This document shows, one piece after another, positions 1 to 12,662 of a DNA stretch of 64,000 bases. Where the stretch lies: positions 3,080-67,079 of the forward strand of contig CBFDBJ010000005.1 of NCBI GenBank assembly GCA_965603015.1, read 5' to 3'. Position numbers and translations under genes: made by a program. Numbering within the stretch: position 1 is the first letter of the stretch; the number at the start of each line of letters is the position of its first letter. The notes beneath the pieces are model-generated. The model worked only from the letters and a program-made list of their open reading frames with translations. It had not been told where the DNA came from and did not search any database. Source of the stretch: an uncultured Alphaproteobacteria bacterium (GTDB taxonomy: Bacteria; Pseudomonadota; Alphaproteobacteria; M2410).

Positions 1-804
1 CGACAAACAGGATCGACAGGGAAACGAGAATCAACCCGAATGAAAAACTTCGTCCTGATATCTGTCCGGGAGTGATGATGAGGACCACGGGAATGACAAG
101 GGCGCCGATCAGAATCAATACCCGGACGGCGACCAGGATCGCATCCGGAGCGAAAAATCCGGCCAGCAGGAGAGCAAGGAACCCGCCGCCAAACCCGAAC
201 AGCAGCACCTGCCGGAACAGGCGCGGCAAATGATATCCAAAAACGGTCGTGACCATAAGGGTCCCCGCCAGGCCCATCAGGGCCATTGGAGCATAGTCGG
301 TGCCAAGAAAATCAAGCGCGCCAATCTTGAGCCCCGCGATAATCGACCTGAATTCAAAGATCCAGACAGAAAGCGTGAAGGCGAAGACCGCTCCGGACCG
401 CCAGCTCAGAGACCAGATCCCGACCACTGCAGAAAGCGCCAACAGGGCGCCAGCGAGCACTTTGATGACAATACCCAGAACCGCTTGCTGCTTGCCCTGT
501 GCAGCAAGATCGCGCTCATTCCAGACAAACCCCTGGGCAGCGTTACTTTCAGGCGGGACAATTGCCGGTTTTTCACGGGGTAAAGCTTCCTCGGGATTTT
601 GGGCAGGATCCGAGGCTGGCTCAGGCTTTGCCTGCCTTTTTGGTTCTGCAGATTTTTCTTCGTCGCCTGGCTTGCGGCGCGGTGTGACCTGAGCGATCTG
701 CCAGGTGTTGTCAGCGCGAAAGGACGGCGATGTCCCGGCCTGCGCTTCTTCAGGAAACGCTCCTGCCGCGCCAAAAGCCAACAGGAGGAGCAGAGCCACT
801 GTCA
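1..804 (-). CDS. Hypothetical secreted/membrane protein, N-terminal 268 aa only; the C-terminus lies beyond the window start. It has a signal peptide, a Pro/Glu-rich linker and a multi-pass hydrophobic domain.
   Basis: My own minus-strand translation from ATG at 802-804 reads MTVALLLLLAFGAAGAFPEEAQA..., an acidic/Pro-rich stretch, then several hydrophobic segments (VLGIVIKVLAGALLALSAVVGIW..., LLFGFGGGFLALLLAGFF..., VLILIGALVIPVVLII). There is no stop before position 1, which is why the supplied ORF track does not list it. Confidence 0.45.
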
Positions 805-861
805 TGGAGGCCGGTAAGCATTTTTTCTTGAAACTGTTCAGAACCCACACCCACATTGACA

Positions 862-1449
862 TTACGGCCTCGGATCGCTTGCCAGCATAGCAAACAGAAG
901 ATGATCCTGCCAGTCGCCGTTAATGCGCAGATACTTGCGTGCGACGCCCTCTTCGGTAAATCCAACCCGCTTGAGAAGACGACGCGAGGGCTCGTTTGTC
1001 GGCAGGCAAGCCGCCTCAACTCTGTGCAATCCCGCCCGGTCGAAGATGAAGGGCAAAATCGCGCGCGCAGCCTCCGTCATATGTCCCTTGCCGGAATACA
1101 TTTCGCCAACCCAATACCCCAGAGAACAACTCTGAGCCACGCCCCGGCGCACATTGGATATGATACTGCTTCCAATCAGCTTGTCAGTGCCGCTGTCGAA
1201 CAGAAAGAATGGATAGGATGTATCGTCTCTCAATTCGCGGGCGTAACGGCGCAACCGTCTTCGGAAGGCCGGGCGGGTCAAATCATCAATGGGCCATACC
1301 GGCTCCCAGGGCGTCAGAAAATCCTTACTCTGATCACGCAAAGACGCCCATTCGGCGTAGTCGGCCATGACCGGATGGCGCAAATAAACCCCGTTACCGG
1401 AAATCACTTCATCGGCTTCAAGGCCGCCTGTGGATCTCAAGATTACCAT
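862..1449 (-). CDS. GNAT family N-acetyltransferase (RimJ/RimL-like)
   Basis: 195 aa ORF with a GNAT-like core (..GYWVGEMYSGKGHMTEAARAILPFIFDRAGLHRVEAACLPTNEPSRRLLKRVGFTEEG..). Confidence 0.75.
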   Translation of the reverse strand: MVILRSTGGLEADEVISGNGVYLRHPVMADYAEWASLRDQSKDFLTPWEPVWPIDDLTRPAFRRRLRRYARELRDDTSYPFFLFDSGTDKLIGSSIISNVRRGVAQSCSLGYWVGEMYSGKGHMTEAARAILPFIFDRAGLHRVEAACLPTNEPSRRLLKRVGFTEEGVARKYLRINGDWQDHLLFAMLASDPRP

Positions 1450-1468
1450 TTACACTCGCCGAAACAAA

Positions 1469-2734
1469 TTACCCGCCAAATCTTGCCGCGATAGTGTCGT
1501 AGGAGTCCAGCCCGGCAACAGGTCCAAGGGCCGCAAAAGCCGGTGCACGCGTTTCCATAAGCCTGGTACCGAAGCTCTTTAATTGTACCGCGTCGACGCT
1601 TTCAAACCGCTTAACGAGTTCGTCCGGGGTCAGGACCCGGCCAAAGCGCGGCAAGTACCTTGCGATCCATTCGGCGCGGGAATAGGCGCTCTCCAGACTC
1701 ATGAGGACACCCGCTTTCACCTGGGCCAGGGACCGCGCCAGTTCTTTTTCCTCGACCTTTGTGGCGAGGCGCTCCATTTCACCGGTGATTACGGAAACAA
1801 GTTCATTGGCATCAGCCGCACTGGTCCCGGCATAGATGGAAAACAATCCCGTGTCCGTATAACCGGAATGGAACGAATAAACTGAATAGCAAAGCCCCCG
1901 CTTCTCTCGAACTTCCTGAAACAGGCGCGAGGACATACCGCCGCCAAGAATTTCTGAATAGACTTGAGCGGCATAAAAATCCTCATGCTCGACACCAACA
2001 CCAGGAAAGCCAAGGGTGATGTGGGCTTGTTCAAAGTTGCGCTGCTCTACCCGGGCGCCACCATGATAGAGGGCGGGGTCCGGGCTGGCGGCCGCACTCA
2101 AGGCTTTAAGGCCATCAAAGGCTTTCTCACACAAGGTAACCAGCGCGCCATGATCGATGGCGCCCGCCCCGACGACCCACATGGAATCCGATCCGTAGAA
2201 GTTCTTCATGTGGCTGCGCAACATCGCCTGATCAATCCTGTTCACCGTCTCATTGGTGCCCAGGATTGGACGACCAAGCGGCTGGTCCGGAAAGGCAGCC
2301 TCCTGCAACAGGTCATAGATGAGATCTTCGGGGTTATCGGCACACTGCCCGATTTCCTGAAGGATCACACCGCGTTCACGCTCCAGCTCGTCTGCCTCAA
2401 ACGTGGAGTGCATTAAAATATCGCCAAGCAGGTCGACGGCCAGAGGAATATCCTGTTTGAGACACCGCACAAAATATCCGGTTTGCTCACGGCTCGTGTA
2501 GGCGCTCAAATACCCACCAACAGATTCTATTTCTTCAGCAATTTGCAAGGCAGAACGGCTGATGGTTCCCTTGAAAGCCATATGTTCGAGAAAATGGGAG
2601 ACGCCGAGAACGGCTTCGCTCTCATAGCGTCCGCCTGCCGAGACCCATACACCGATCGCCGCGGTTTCCAGATGCCCCATCGGATCCGTCGCAACAGTAA
2701 GTCCGTTCTTTAATTTGGAGATCTCGATTGCCAT
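1469..2734 (-). CDS. M16 family zinc peptidase (pitrilysin/MPP-like), active type
   Basis: 421 aa with the inverted zinc motif HFLEHMAFKG (HxxEH) near the N-terminus. It shows M16 N/C-domain similarity (QEIGQCADNPEDL, REKRGLCYSVYS). Its ATG overlaps the thrC stop by 1 nt (TAATG). Confidence 0.85.
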   Translation of the reverse strand: MAIEISKLKNGLTVATDPMGHLETAAIGVWVSAGGRYESEAVLGVSHFLEHMAFKGTISRSALQIAEEIESVGGYLSAYTSREQTGYFVRCLKQDIPLAVDLLGDILMHSTFEADELERERGVILQEIGQCADNPEDLIYDLLQEAAFPDQPLGRPILGTNETVNRIDQAMLRSHMKNFYGSDSMWVVGAGAIDHGALVTLCEKAFDGLKALSAAASPDPALYHGGARVEQRNFEQAHITLGFPGVGVEHEDFYAAQVYSEILGGGMSSRLFQEVREKRGLCYSVYSFHSGYTDTGLFSIYAGTSAADANELVSVITGEMERLATKVEEKELARSLAQVKAGVLMSLESAYSRAEWIARYLPRFGRVLTPDELVKRFESVDAVQLKSFGTRLMETRAPAFAALGPVAGLDSYDTIAARFGG

Positions 2735-4134
2735 TAAAGGCCTTTCTCGTTCAAAATGTAGCTGCGAACCGCATCAACATCGTTCGGCAAAACAACAAAA
2801 TGCTCCGGACGCTCAAGCAGACCATCAAATTGTGGTGGCAATGCGGGACGTCGACCGCTCATCGTTTCAACTGCATCAGGGAACTTTGCCGGGTGGGCTG
2901 TCGCCAGGACGACCCGCGCCACGTCGGCATCAAGCTTCTCTGCCCGAGCCGCATGAAGTCCTGTTGCGGTATGGGGATCAAGCAGTATGTCATCGCTGGC
3001 GAGCGTCTCTTTGATAATCTGTTCGACATGTTTTTCGTTGCACCGGTGAGCCGAAAACTCGGAGCGGATCTTCCCCAGCGTCTTGTCTTTCAGAGTAAAA
3101 CCACCCGACTGGGCAAGGCCGGACATGTAGCTGCGTACTTCGGCGCCATCTCGTCCGGATGCTTCAAACAGCAGGCGCTCGAAATTTGACGAGACCTGGA
3201 TATCCATGGACGGGCTGGTTGTTGGCACAACCGATGTGGGGCGGTACTCGCCCGTCTCAAGGGTGCGCACCAGAATATCGTTGGTGTTCGTACCAATGAT
3301 GAGCCGCTCGATGGGCAGACCCATGCGCTTTGCCACATAGCCTGCGAAGATATCCCCGAAATTACCCGTTGGCACCGCGAACGCGAGACGCCGGTTCGGT
3401 GCGCCGAGAGCAAGACCCGCAGCAAAGTAATAAACGGTCTGCGCCATCACCCGCGCCCAATTGATCGAATTCACGCCGCCGAGCCCGACTTCATCGCGGA
3501 AGCCATGATCATTAAAAAGTGCCTTCAGGATGTTCTGGCAATCATCAAAATTTCCCTCGATGGCGATGTTCTTCACACCGGGGTCATCAACAGTTGTCAT
3601 CATCCGGCGCTGGACGTCGGAGACCCGGCCCCTGGGGTGCATGATGAACGTCGAGAGCGCCTCACGGCCGCGCATTGCCTCGATTGCCGCGCCGCCGGTA
3701 TCGCCCGACGTGGCCCCGACGATGGTCATCTTGCGGCCCTGAGCTTTCAACACATGATCGAAGAGCCCGCCAAGCAGCTGCATGGCAAGATCCTTGAACG
3801 CCAGCGTGGGGCCATGGAAAAGCTCAAGCAAAAACGTTTGCTCATCTATTTGTGCAAGCGGCGTCACAGCCTTGTGGGAAAACCCGCTATAGGCCTTCGC
3901 TGCAATGTCACCCAGAGTTTTGTCATCAATGACCCCGCCGATGAAGGGTTTGATGATCTTCAAACAGAGTTCGGCATAGGGCAGTCCGCGCATGGCATTG
4001 ATATCATTTTGCGTGAACGCTGGCCATTCTTCGGGAAGGAAGAGCCCGCCATCTCGCGCAAGACCGGCAAGAAGCGTCTCGCCAAAATCGAGAGCCTTCT
4101 CGCCGGGTTCTGCACGTGTACTGATATACTTCAT
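2734..4134 (-). CDS. thrC: Threonine synthase
   Basis: 466 aa PLP-dependent threonine synthase (long form), with MKYISTRAEPGE... at the N-terminus and a conserved Lys region FHGPTLAFKDLAMQ. Confidence 0.9.
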   Translation of the reverse strand: MKYISTRAEPGEKALDFGETLLAGLARDGGLFLPEEWPAFTQNDINAMRGLPYAELCLKIIKPFIGGVIDDKTLGDIAAKAYSGFSHKAVTPLAQIDEQTFLLELFHGPTLAFKDLAMQLLGGLFDHVLKAQGRKMTIVGATSGDTGGAAIEAMRGREALSTFIMHPRGRVSDVQRRMMTTVDDPGVKNIAIEGNFDDCQNILKALFNDHGFRDEVGLGGVNSINWARVMAQTVYYFAAGLALGAPNRRLAFAVPTGNFGDIFAGYVAKRMGLPIERLIIGTNTNDILVRTLETGEYRPTSVVPTTSPSMDIQVSSNFERLLFEASGRDGAEVRSYMSGLAQSGGFTLKDKTLGKIRSEFSAHRCNEKHVEQIIKETLASDDILLDPHTATGLHAARAEKLDADVARVVLATAHPAKFPDAVETMSGRRPALPPQFDGLLERPEHFVVLPNDVDAVRSYILNEKGL

Positions 4135-4146
4135 TTATCTTTACTT

Positions 4147-5634
4147 TCACGCATCCAGATAGCGCGCCTTGACATGGGCCTTGTAAGCAGCGGCAGAAAG
4201 CGGCGCACCGGTCGCCTGTTCGATGAGATCTCCTGCTGCCAGGCTGGAGCCGTGTGAACGCACATTTTTGTCGAGCCAGCCGAAGAGAGGTTTGAAATCG
4301 CCTGAGGCGAGACCCGGCAAAATACCAGGTTCAGCCGTCGTTGCCGCTGCAAACATCTGTGCCGCCGTCATGGCACCAAGCGAGTAGGTCGGAAAATAAC
4401 CGAACAGCCCGGCTGGCCAGTGAACGTCCTGCATGACGCCGTCAACATCGCTCGGCGGCGTAATCCCCACCAGCTTTTGCATCAATTCATTCCAGGCACC
4501 CGGCAGATCGACAGCCTTCAGGTCTCCTGCAAGGACAGCCTTCTCGAGCCGGTAACGCAGGATGATATGAAGCGGATAGGTGACCTCGTCTGCATCAACC
4601 CGAATGAGCCCGCGCTCGATCTTGCGGTAATGCTTCAGGACATTCTCGGGCTCCCAGGCATCGCCGCGCGGGAAGGCCTCGGCGAGAATTGGAGAAATGT
4701 GTCCGATGAACTCTTCGGTACGCCCGGCCTGCATTTCCAGCAGCAGGGACTGGCTTTCATGCAGCGTCATGCCCTGGGCTTCGCCGACCGGCTGGCCACG
4801 CCATTCCTTTGGCAATCCGTTCTCATAAAGCGCATGTCCTGTCTCGTGGACGACCGCATAGAGACCGGACAGGAAATCATGTTCCAGATAGCGGGAAGTA
4901 ATGCGGATGTCGCCCTCGGCTCCGCCACAAAACGGATGATGGGCTTCATCAAGGCGTCCGTGTTCGAAAGGAAAGCCGATGATTTCCATGATCTGACGGG
5001 CAACCTTGCGCTGGGTCTCAACGGGAAATGGTCCCTCGAGCGGTTTGGGAGCGCCGGCGCTGGCCTGCTTCTCCAGAACTTCATTCAGGAAGCCCGGGAG
5101 AAAGGCTTCGAGGTCATCGAAGACAACATCAATTTCTGCTTCTGTACGCCCCTCATCGTATCCGTCGACCAGAGCCTCATAGGGCGAGACGCCAAGTGTT
5201 TCCGAAAGCTGCGCCGCCTCCTCACGCAGGAGGCTAAAAGTTTCCTCGAGCATAGGGGCGAGCGTCGCAAAATCATTGGCGGGCCGCGCCTCGCGCCAGG
5301 CCATTTCGGTTTCAGAGGTAAGACGAGACTTGCGCGCGACAAGATCAGCGGAGATCGACGTTGCATGAATGTACTGGCGGCGCATCTTTTTCAGGTTTGC
5401 GCTCTGCCAGTTGTCGAGGTCACCGGCTGCCTCTGCCTCATTCAGGAGATCACCCATACGCGGATCGACCGTCATCTCATGGCGCAAAACCGAAAGCTCG
5501 GACATAACCTCGGCCCGGGCGGGGGCCGCTCCTGTGGCCATCATGGTCGCCTGGTCCCAGTTGAGGATACCAAGGGCATTCCCGAGGGCCGCCATGCGTT
5601 TCTGACGGGCTTCAAGTTGTTTGTAAGCATTCAC
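4147..5634 (-). CDS. Carboxypeptidase Taq-like metallopeptidase, M32 family
   Basis: 495 aa with the HETGHALYE zinc motif, HESQS and DIRITSRY signature blocks of M32 carboxypeptidases. Confidence 0.9.
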   Translation of the reverse strand: MNAYKQLEARQKRMAALGNALGILNWDQATMMATGAAPARAEVMSELSVLRHEMTVDPRMGDLLNEAEAAGDLDNWQSANLKKMRRQYIHATSISADLVARKSRLTSETEMAWREARPANDFATLAPMLEETFSLLREEAAQLSETLGVSPYEALVDGYDEGRTEAEIDVVFDDLEAFLPGFLNEVLEKQASAGAPKPLEGPFPVETQRKVARQIMEIIGFPFEHGRLDEAHHPFCGGAEGDIRITSRYLEHDFLSGLYAVVHETGHALYENGLPKEWRGQPVGEAQGMTLHESQSLLLEMQAGRTEEFIGHISPILAEAFPRGDAWEPENVLKHYRKIERGLIRVDADEVTYPLHIILRYRLEKAVLAGDLKAVDLPGAWNELMQKLVGITPPSDVDGVMQDVHWPAGLFGYFPTYSLGAMTAAQMFAAATTAEPGILPGLASGDFKPLFGWLDKNVRSHGSSLAAGDLIEQATGAPLSAAAYKAHVKARYLDA

Positions 5635-6371
5635 TTTGGCTGTTTCCCTTCGGTTTTTTCAAATCGGAGCCGACCCTGGCTCACATGAAAAGCGATATAG
5701 ACGCTTAGCAGCGCAAAGGCCAGTCCGAACCATGTAAGGGCATAGCCCAGATGAGAGTTGCGAAAGGTGAGGTTCGGCGCCTCGGGCCTTGGCCAGGGCT
5801 CGCCGCCGTCTGCCGGCAGAGCCACGACAAAGACCGGTGCTGCGCCGGGCAGAGCCATATATGATGCCATCCCGCTGAGGTCTCGAAACATCCAGACGGG
5901 ATCACGCCCCTGATGGCCAGGAACACCAGGCGTTGCCTCACCGGGCAGAAGAACTATCCCGGTAACCGTGATCTCGCCTTCGATCTGCCCCGAGAGGCGC
6001 GTGTCAGCAGCTTGCTTCTCATTTGGAACCCAGCCGCGGTCGACGAGAACAGGGGCGCCGGCAAGAGGAACAAGCGGCGTGATAACCCTGAACCCGGGAC
6101 CCTGTTGGTGTGGGGCATAAAAGAAGACTTCCTTGCTGTGATCAAAGGTGCCGGTGACGCTGACTTTTTGGTAGCGCATCTCTTCAAGGGTCGGGCGCTT
6201 CAGAACCTCATCCAGCGCCACCGGGTCACCCGATGCCCGCTGTTGTGACGTCTCGATGAGATCAAGCTTCCAGGCAAGACGCTCGAGTTGCCAGACGCCG
6301 AGCCAGCACAGCAAGATAAAGGTGCCAAGAGCGAAGATGGTTTGCCCGAGCAACGGGCGGAAGTAAATCAC
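5631..6371 (-). CDS. surf1: SURF1 family cytochrome oxidase biogenesis protein
   Basis: 246 aa with an N-terminal TM helix, a GVWQLERLAWK motif and a C-terminal TM helix. It sits at the end of the cta cluster and overlaps neighbours by 4 nt on both sides. Confidence 0.85.
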   Translation of the reverse strand: MIYFRPLLGQTIFALGTFILLCWLGVWQLERLAWKLDLIETSQQRASGDPVALDEVLKRPTLEEMRYQKVSVTGTFDHSKEVFFYAPHQQGPGFRVITPLVPLAGAPVLVDRGWVPNEKQAADTRLSGQIEGEITVTGIVLLPGEATPGVPGHQGRDPVWMFRDLSGMASYMALPGAAPVFVVALPADGGEPWPRPEAPNLTFRNSHLGYALTWFGLAFALLSVYIAFHVSQGRLRFEKTEGKQPK

Positions 6372-6769
6372 AGTTCATCTCCCTCGCCGCCTGAAGGATC
6401 TCCTTCAGCAGCCTTGTAATGGAATTGGAGGGCAAACATGAGCGCTTTGGCCGGGCGCAACAGGCCAAGACTGAGACCGATGAGAAGCGGCACGGCCGTA
6501 ACGCCGTAAATCCAGTAGGGCGGGCTGTAGACGAATTCGACAATAAAAGCCGGAACCAGCACAAGCGTCGAGGCGATCAACATGATGAAGACTGCCGGGC
6601 CGTCGCCGGTATCATGCGAGGCAAAATCCTGATCGCAGGCGGCACACCTGTTGCGCACCCGGAGGAAGCCCTCAAACAGAGACCCCTTGCCGCACCTGGG
6701 GCACTTCATGCGCAATCCGGCGCTGAACGGGTTCGGTTTTTCATACTCACTCGTTTCGACGTTGCTCAT
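6368..6769 (-). CDS. DUF983 zinc-ribbon membrane protein, conserved in alphaproteobacterial cox clusters
   Basis: CPRCGKGSLF...CAACDQDF zinc ribbon followed by two TM helices. I chose the internal ATG (MSNVETSEYEK...) over the upstream ORF-track start. It lies between ctaE and surf1. Confidence 0.7.
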   Translation of the reverse strand: MSNVETSEYEKPNPFSAGLRMKCPRCGKGSLFEGFLRVRNRCAACDQDFASHDTGDGPAVFIMLIASTLVLVPAFIVEFVYSPPYWIYGVTAVPLLIGLSLGLLRPAKALMFALQFHYKAAEGDPSGGEGDEL

Positions 6770-6853
6770 CCTTGCAGTCTCTTCACAAACCAGATCCACA
6801 TCAACAAAAAGGGCCGGAGTTTCCTCCGGCCCTTTTGCGCAATCTGCAAATCA

Positions 6854-7741
6854 CTAATGGGCGGCGGGAACAGCTCCCATTGAGCCCCATACGTAGATGG
6901 CGGCAAACAGGAAAATCCAGACGGTATCAACAAAGTGCCAATACCAGGCTGCGGCTTCAAAGCCGAAATGCTGTTCCGGCTTGAAGTGGCCAGCGTATAC
7001 CCGGAACAGGCAAACGAACAGGAAGATTGTTCCGACGATCACATGGAACCCGTGGAACCCGGTCGCCATAAAGAACGTCGCGCCATAAACGTTGCCGGAG
7101 AAACCGAAGGCGGCGTGGGCATATTCGTAAGCCTGCACGCAACTAAAGATAATCCCGAGGATAACCGTGATCCACAAGGCAAGCTTTGTGGTCTTGCGAT
7201 CACCGTGGCGCAGCGCGTGGTGGGCCCAGGTCACCGTGAAACTTGATGTGACCAGAATGACCGTGTTGAGGAACGGCAGATGCCACGGGTCAAAAGTCGC
7301 GATGCCCTCAGGTGGCCAGACACCGCCAAACAGCTCGGTCCGATCAACGCGGCCGACAATATCCCCGGAGGTCGATGTCGGGCTTTCAGGAAACAGGGCC
7401 GCATTGAAGTAGGCCCAGAACCAGGCGACGAAGAACATCACTTCAGACGCAATGAAGAGCACCATGCCGTAGCGCAAGCCCAGCTGGACAACCGCCGTAT
7501 GATCCTTGCCGCTATTGGCTTCCTTGATGACATCGCGCCACCATCCGACCATGGTGAACAGCACCGCTGCCAGACCGATCAGAAAGACCGCAGGACCTGA
7601 CGCACCGAAAAGCCCGCCGTTGGCAGTTTGCATCCAGATGATCGCGCCGACCGCCATAATAAAGGCGCTCAGTGATCCAACAGCCGGCCAGGGGCTCGGG
7701 TTGACCAGGTGATAGTCGTGATTTACCTCATCATGTGCCAT
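6854..7741 (-). CDS. ctaE: Cytochrome c oxidase subunit III
   Basis: 295 aa starting [19 protein letters not shown], with 7 TM helices and typical COX3 blocks ([20 protein letters not shown]). Confidence 0.9.
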   Translation of the reverse strand: MAHDEVNHDYHLVNPSPWPAVGSLSAFIMAVGAIIWMQTANGGLFGASGPAVFLIGLAAVLFTMVGWWRDVIKEANSGKDHTAVVQLGLRYGMVLFIASEVMFFVAWFWAYFNAALFPESPTSTSGDIVGRVDRTELFGGVWPPEGIATFDPWHLPFLNTVILVTSSFTVTWAHHALRHGDRKTTKLALWITVILGIIFSCVQAYEYAHAAFGFSGNVYGATFFMATGFHGFHVIVGTIFLFVCLFRVYAGHFKPEQHFGFEAAAWYWHFVDTVWIFLFAAIYVWGSMGAVPAAH

Positions 7742-7815
7742 AATTTTTTCTCTTCTTACTTTTGGACTTCATAATTTCGAAACGGGCTACCATCAGGCGG
7801 CTCGCAAGGTGTTGC

Positions 7816-8373
7816 TTATCCGGTCTCTTCTTCTACCTCGAAGAAGGTGTAGGACAAGGTAATGGTTCCAACATTATCGAGGTTTTTATCCTCGGCAATG
7901 TCAGGATCAACAAAAAAGGTGACCGGCATATCAATGGTTTCGCCCGGTCCGAGAATTTGTTCAGTAAAACAGAAACATTCAATTTTGCTGAAATAACTGC
8001 CCGCTTTGGACGGTGACACGTTGAAGGATGCCGTTCCCGTCACCGTTCTGTCGGAGTGATTGGTTGCCCGATAAAAGGCGATTGATGGTTCGCCAACCTT
8101 GACACCCATTGTATTTTCCAGCGGCTTGAAGTCCCAGGGCATCTGATGCGCGACATTGGCGTCAAAGCGAATGGTCATGGCCCGATCGAGAACCTGTGTC
8201 GGCGCGGCATAGGCAATTTGCGTCGTCCCGGCGTATCCGGTTACACGGCAGAATATATTGTAAAGCGGCACTGCAGCGTAGGACAGGCCAATCATGCCGA
8301 CAAAAATCCCTGCGCAAATGAGACCCGTCGCGTTCTTGCCGCGCAGTCTCTTGCCAGGCGATTTCGTCGCCAT
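7816..8373 (-). CDS. ctaG: Cytochrome c oxidase assembly protein CtaG/Cox11
   Basis: Cox11 signature YNIFCRVTGYAGTTQ with a single N-terminal TM helix. I chose the internal ATG (MATKSPGKR...), which removes the overlap with the upstream small ORF. The ORF-track start would be 8454. Confidence 0.85.
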   Translation of the reverse strand: MATKSPGKRLRGKNATGLICAGIFVGMIGLSYAAVPLYNIFCRVTGYAGTTQIAYAAPTQVLDRAMTIRFDANVAHQMPWDFKPLENTMGVKVGEPSIAFYRATNHSDRTVTGTASFNVSPSKAGSYFSKIECFCFTEQILGPGETIDMPVTFFVDPDIAEDKNLDNVGTITLSYTFFEVEEETG

Positions 8374-8413
8374 AGAGTTTTTTGTATCCAGTGCCGTCAC
8401 TTTCAGTTCACCT

Positions 8414-8605
8414 CTAAACGCCAAAGTTTGTTGAGAGTTTTGCCATTGTGACAAAGAAAGTCAGAACGACGAAAGCCAACAAGGCACCAGCCACAACAAG
8501 GTTCTTGCGCCCGCGCTCTTTCAGCTCGTCCTTGCTCAATTTAACCGGGTTTTGCATGGCGTCCAGTTCCGGCCACGCTGCATCAGTCTTGCTCGCTTCA
8601 GTCAT
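8414..8605 (-). CDS. Small single-TM protein conserved between ctaB and ctaG (hypothetical)
   Basis: 63 aa: hydrophilic N-terminus, K/R cluster, then one TM helix (LVVAGALLAFVVLTFFVTMA). It is tightly packed between ctaB (stop 8608) and ctaG. Confidence 0.5.
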   Translation of the reverse strand: MTEASKTDAAWPELDAMQNPVKLSKDELKERGRKNLVVAGALLAFVVLTFFVTMAKLSTNFGV

Positions 8606-8607
8606 GT

Positions 8608-9549
8608 CTAAACTCCAAAGCCAAGGATGCCGCTGGCATCCAGGCCCAAAATAAGAAATTCCGCAAAAAGATAAAAGATAGAAAAGCCAAACAGCTTCTT
8701 TGCTGCGGCGTCTTCCTCGCCGCGCATGCGCCAGATGTTGAAGGCGTAGTAGATGAAAATAGCGCTCAGGATTACTGTCAGGACGCCGTAGACCGGTCCG
8801 ACAAACCCCAAGGCCAATGGCAGGAGTGCCGTGGGAGCCAGCAACAAGGCGTAGACAAAAATCTGAAGCCGTGTCGATTTTTTGCCCGCCACAACAGGCA
8901 TCATGGGAATACCGGCCGCCTCATAGTCTCCAGCCCGGTAGAGCGACAGAGCCCAGAAATGTGGCGGCGTCCACATGAAGATAATGGCGAAAAGAGACAG
9001 GGAGGCGAACGATACATCCCCCGTCACCGCCGCCCAGCCAATCATCGGAGGAAGGGCGCCAGCTGCGCCGCCAATGACAATGTTCTGCGGCGTCTTTCGT
9101 TTCAGCCACATGGTATAAAAAAGCACATAGTAGCCGATCGTCAGCGCAAGGAGCGCGGCCGCAACGAAATTCACCATGAACGCCATCGAGAAGATAGAAA
9201 GAAAGGACAGTACGAGGCCAAGGGTCAGCGCTTCGCTGGCCGGGATGCGCCCGGCGGCAACCGCACGATCTTTGGTCCGTTCCATCTTTGTATCGATGTC
9301 GGCGTCATACCACATATTAAGCGAGGCAGAGGCCCCCGCACCAACCGCAATGGCAAGGATCGCCGCCACGGCAATGACCGGGTCAATAGACCCCGGTGCC
9401 GCGACCAGTCCGATGACGGCAGTAAAGATCGACAGGCGCATGACACCCGGTTTCAGGAGAGAATAGTAGTCACCAACGGTCGCCACTGTTCCTCCTTCTT
9501 CGAGGGAGACATCTCCCATAACTTCCATATCTGCAATGCTCTGGGGCAT
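8608..9549 (-). CDS. ctaB: Protoheme IX farnesyltransferase (heme O synthase)
   Basis: 313 aa polytopic UbiA-superfamily protein with YYSLLKP, DADID and WTPPHFWAL motifs. It sits between ctaD and ctaG. Confidence 0.9.
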   Translation of the reverse strand: MPQSIADMEVMGDVSLEEGGTVATVGDYYSLLKPGVMRLSIFTAVIGLVAAPGSIDPVIAVAAILAIAVGAGASASLNMWYDADIDTKMERTKDRAVAAGRIPASEALTLGLVLSFLSIFSMAFMVNFVAAALLALTIGYYVLFYTMWLKRKTPQNIVIGGAAGALPPMIGWAAVTGDVSFASLSLFAIIFMWTPPHFWALSLYRAGDYEAAGIPMMPVVAGKKSTRLQIFVYALLLAPTALLPLALGFVGPVYGVLTVILSAIFIYYAFNIWRMRGEEDAAAKKLFGFSIFYLFAEFLILGLDASGILGFGV

Positions 9550-9561
9550 TAGCCAGGCGCC

Positions 9562-12107
<2,546 letters not shown>

Positions 12108-12662
12108 CGTTTTTCCTTCTTCTTTTTTGTTATCAGCTGGCGTCCAGATACCATGCTGTTGTCGGGAGGTGGACAAGATAAACGTAATCCACGGTCCTTC
12201 AGTTTTATTCTGAGCTGTGGCCCTTGTGGTCCTTGATATCTGATTGAAAAGAACAGCCGCCCCGGCAAAAGAATTTTTACAAAATCAACACTGAACGCCG
12301 AATTTCCGCCGATCAATGATCACAAAATAGTGAGTGGCGCAAGGTTTGTTTTATTTGCAATCAAGTCGCAATCCAGGCTGGTGCCCGTCGGAAGGGTTTG
12401 TTAACTATTTCCCCAGACTGGAGCCTTTCCAGACATTGGCGGTTTGGATACGGTGACAGCGAGATCCGGGCCAAATCAACTTTGTGGAAATAGCCACCCC
12501 GGGTCAGCAGCCGGCTGACGGCAATGGTGTGTTGTCTCCATGATCAGAATGTCTATTCTGGACGCCAGAGCCGGTTTTCGACTGCTGCGCCAGAATCAAC
12601 TTACATGTTGCGAATCAGTGAAGGTCCCCTTCAGAACCCTGCCTTATCGAGGATCCAACCCA

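Noticed and set aside
12540-12662. Upstream-most starts from the ORF track. Examples: tldD at 12540, ribF at 58400, MaoC at 59178, cheY at 59170, lpxK at 37496, tadA at 45303, ctaG at 8454, ctaC at 12176, M16 at 53076.
   Set aside because: The ORF track extends to the furthest ATG/GTG/TTG. The extra N-terminal residues are non-conserved and often overlap the neighbouring gene. I chose internal ATGs that restore family-typical N-termini and RBS spacing. These choices are uncertain by a few codons.
12177-12662. The 486-bp divergent ctaC/tldD intergenic region as a possible tRNA or sRNA locus
   Set aside because: I found no cloverleaf-compatible sequence (no GTTCRANYC T-loop with matching acceptor stem) and no terminator hairpin. 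It is probably just two divergent promoters. A near-palindrome GATCAATGATC is present but not assignable.
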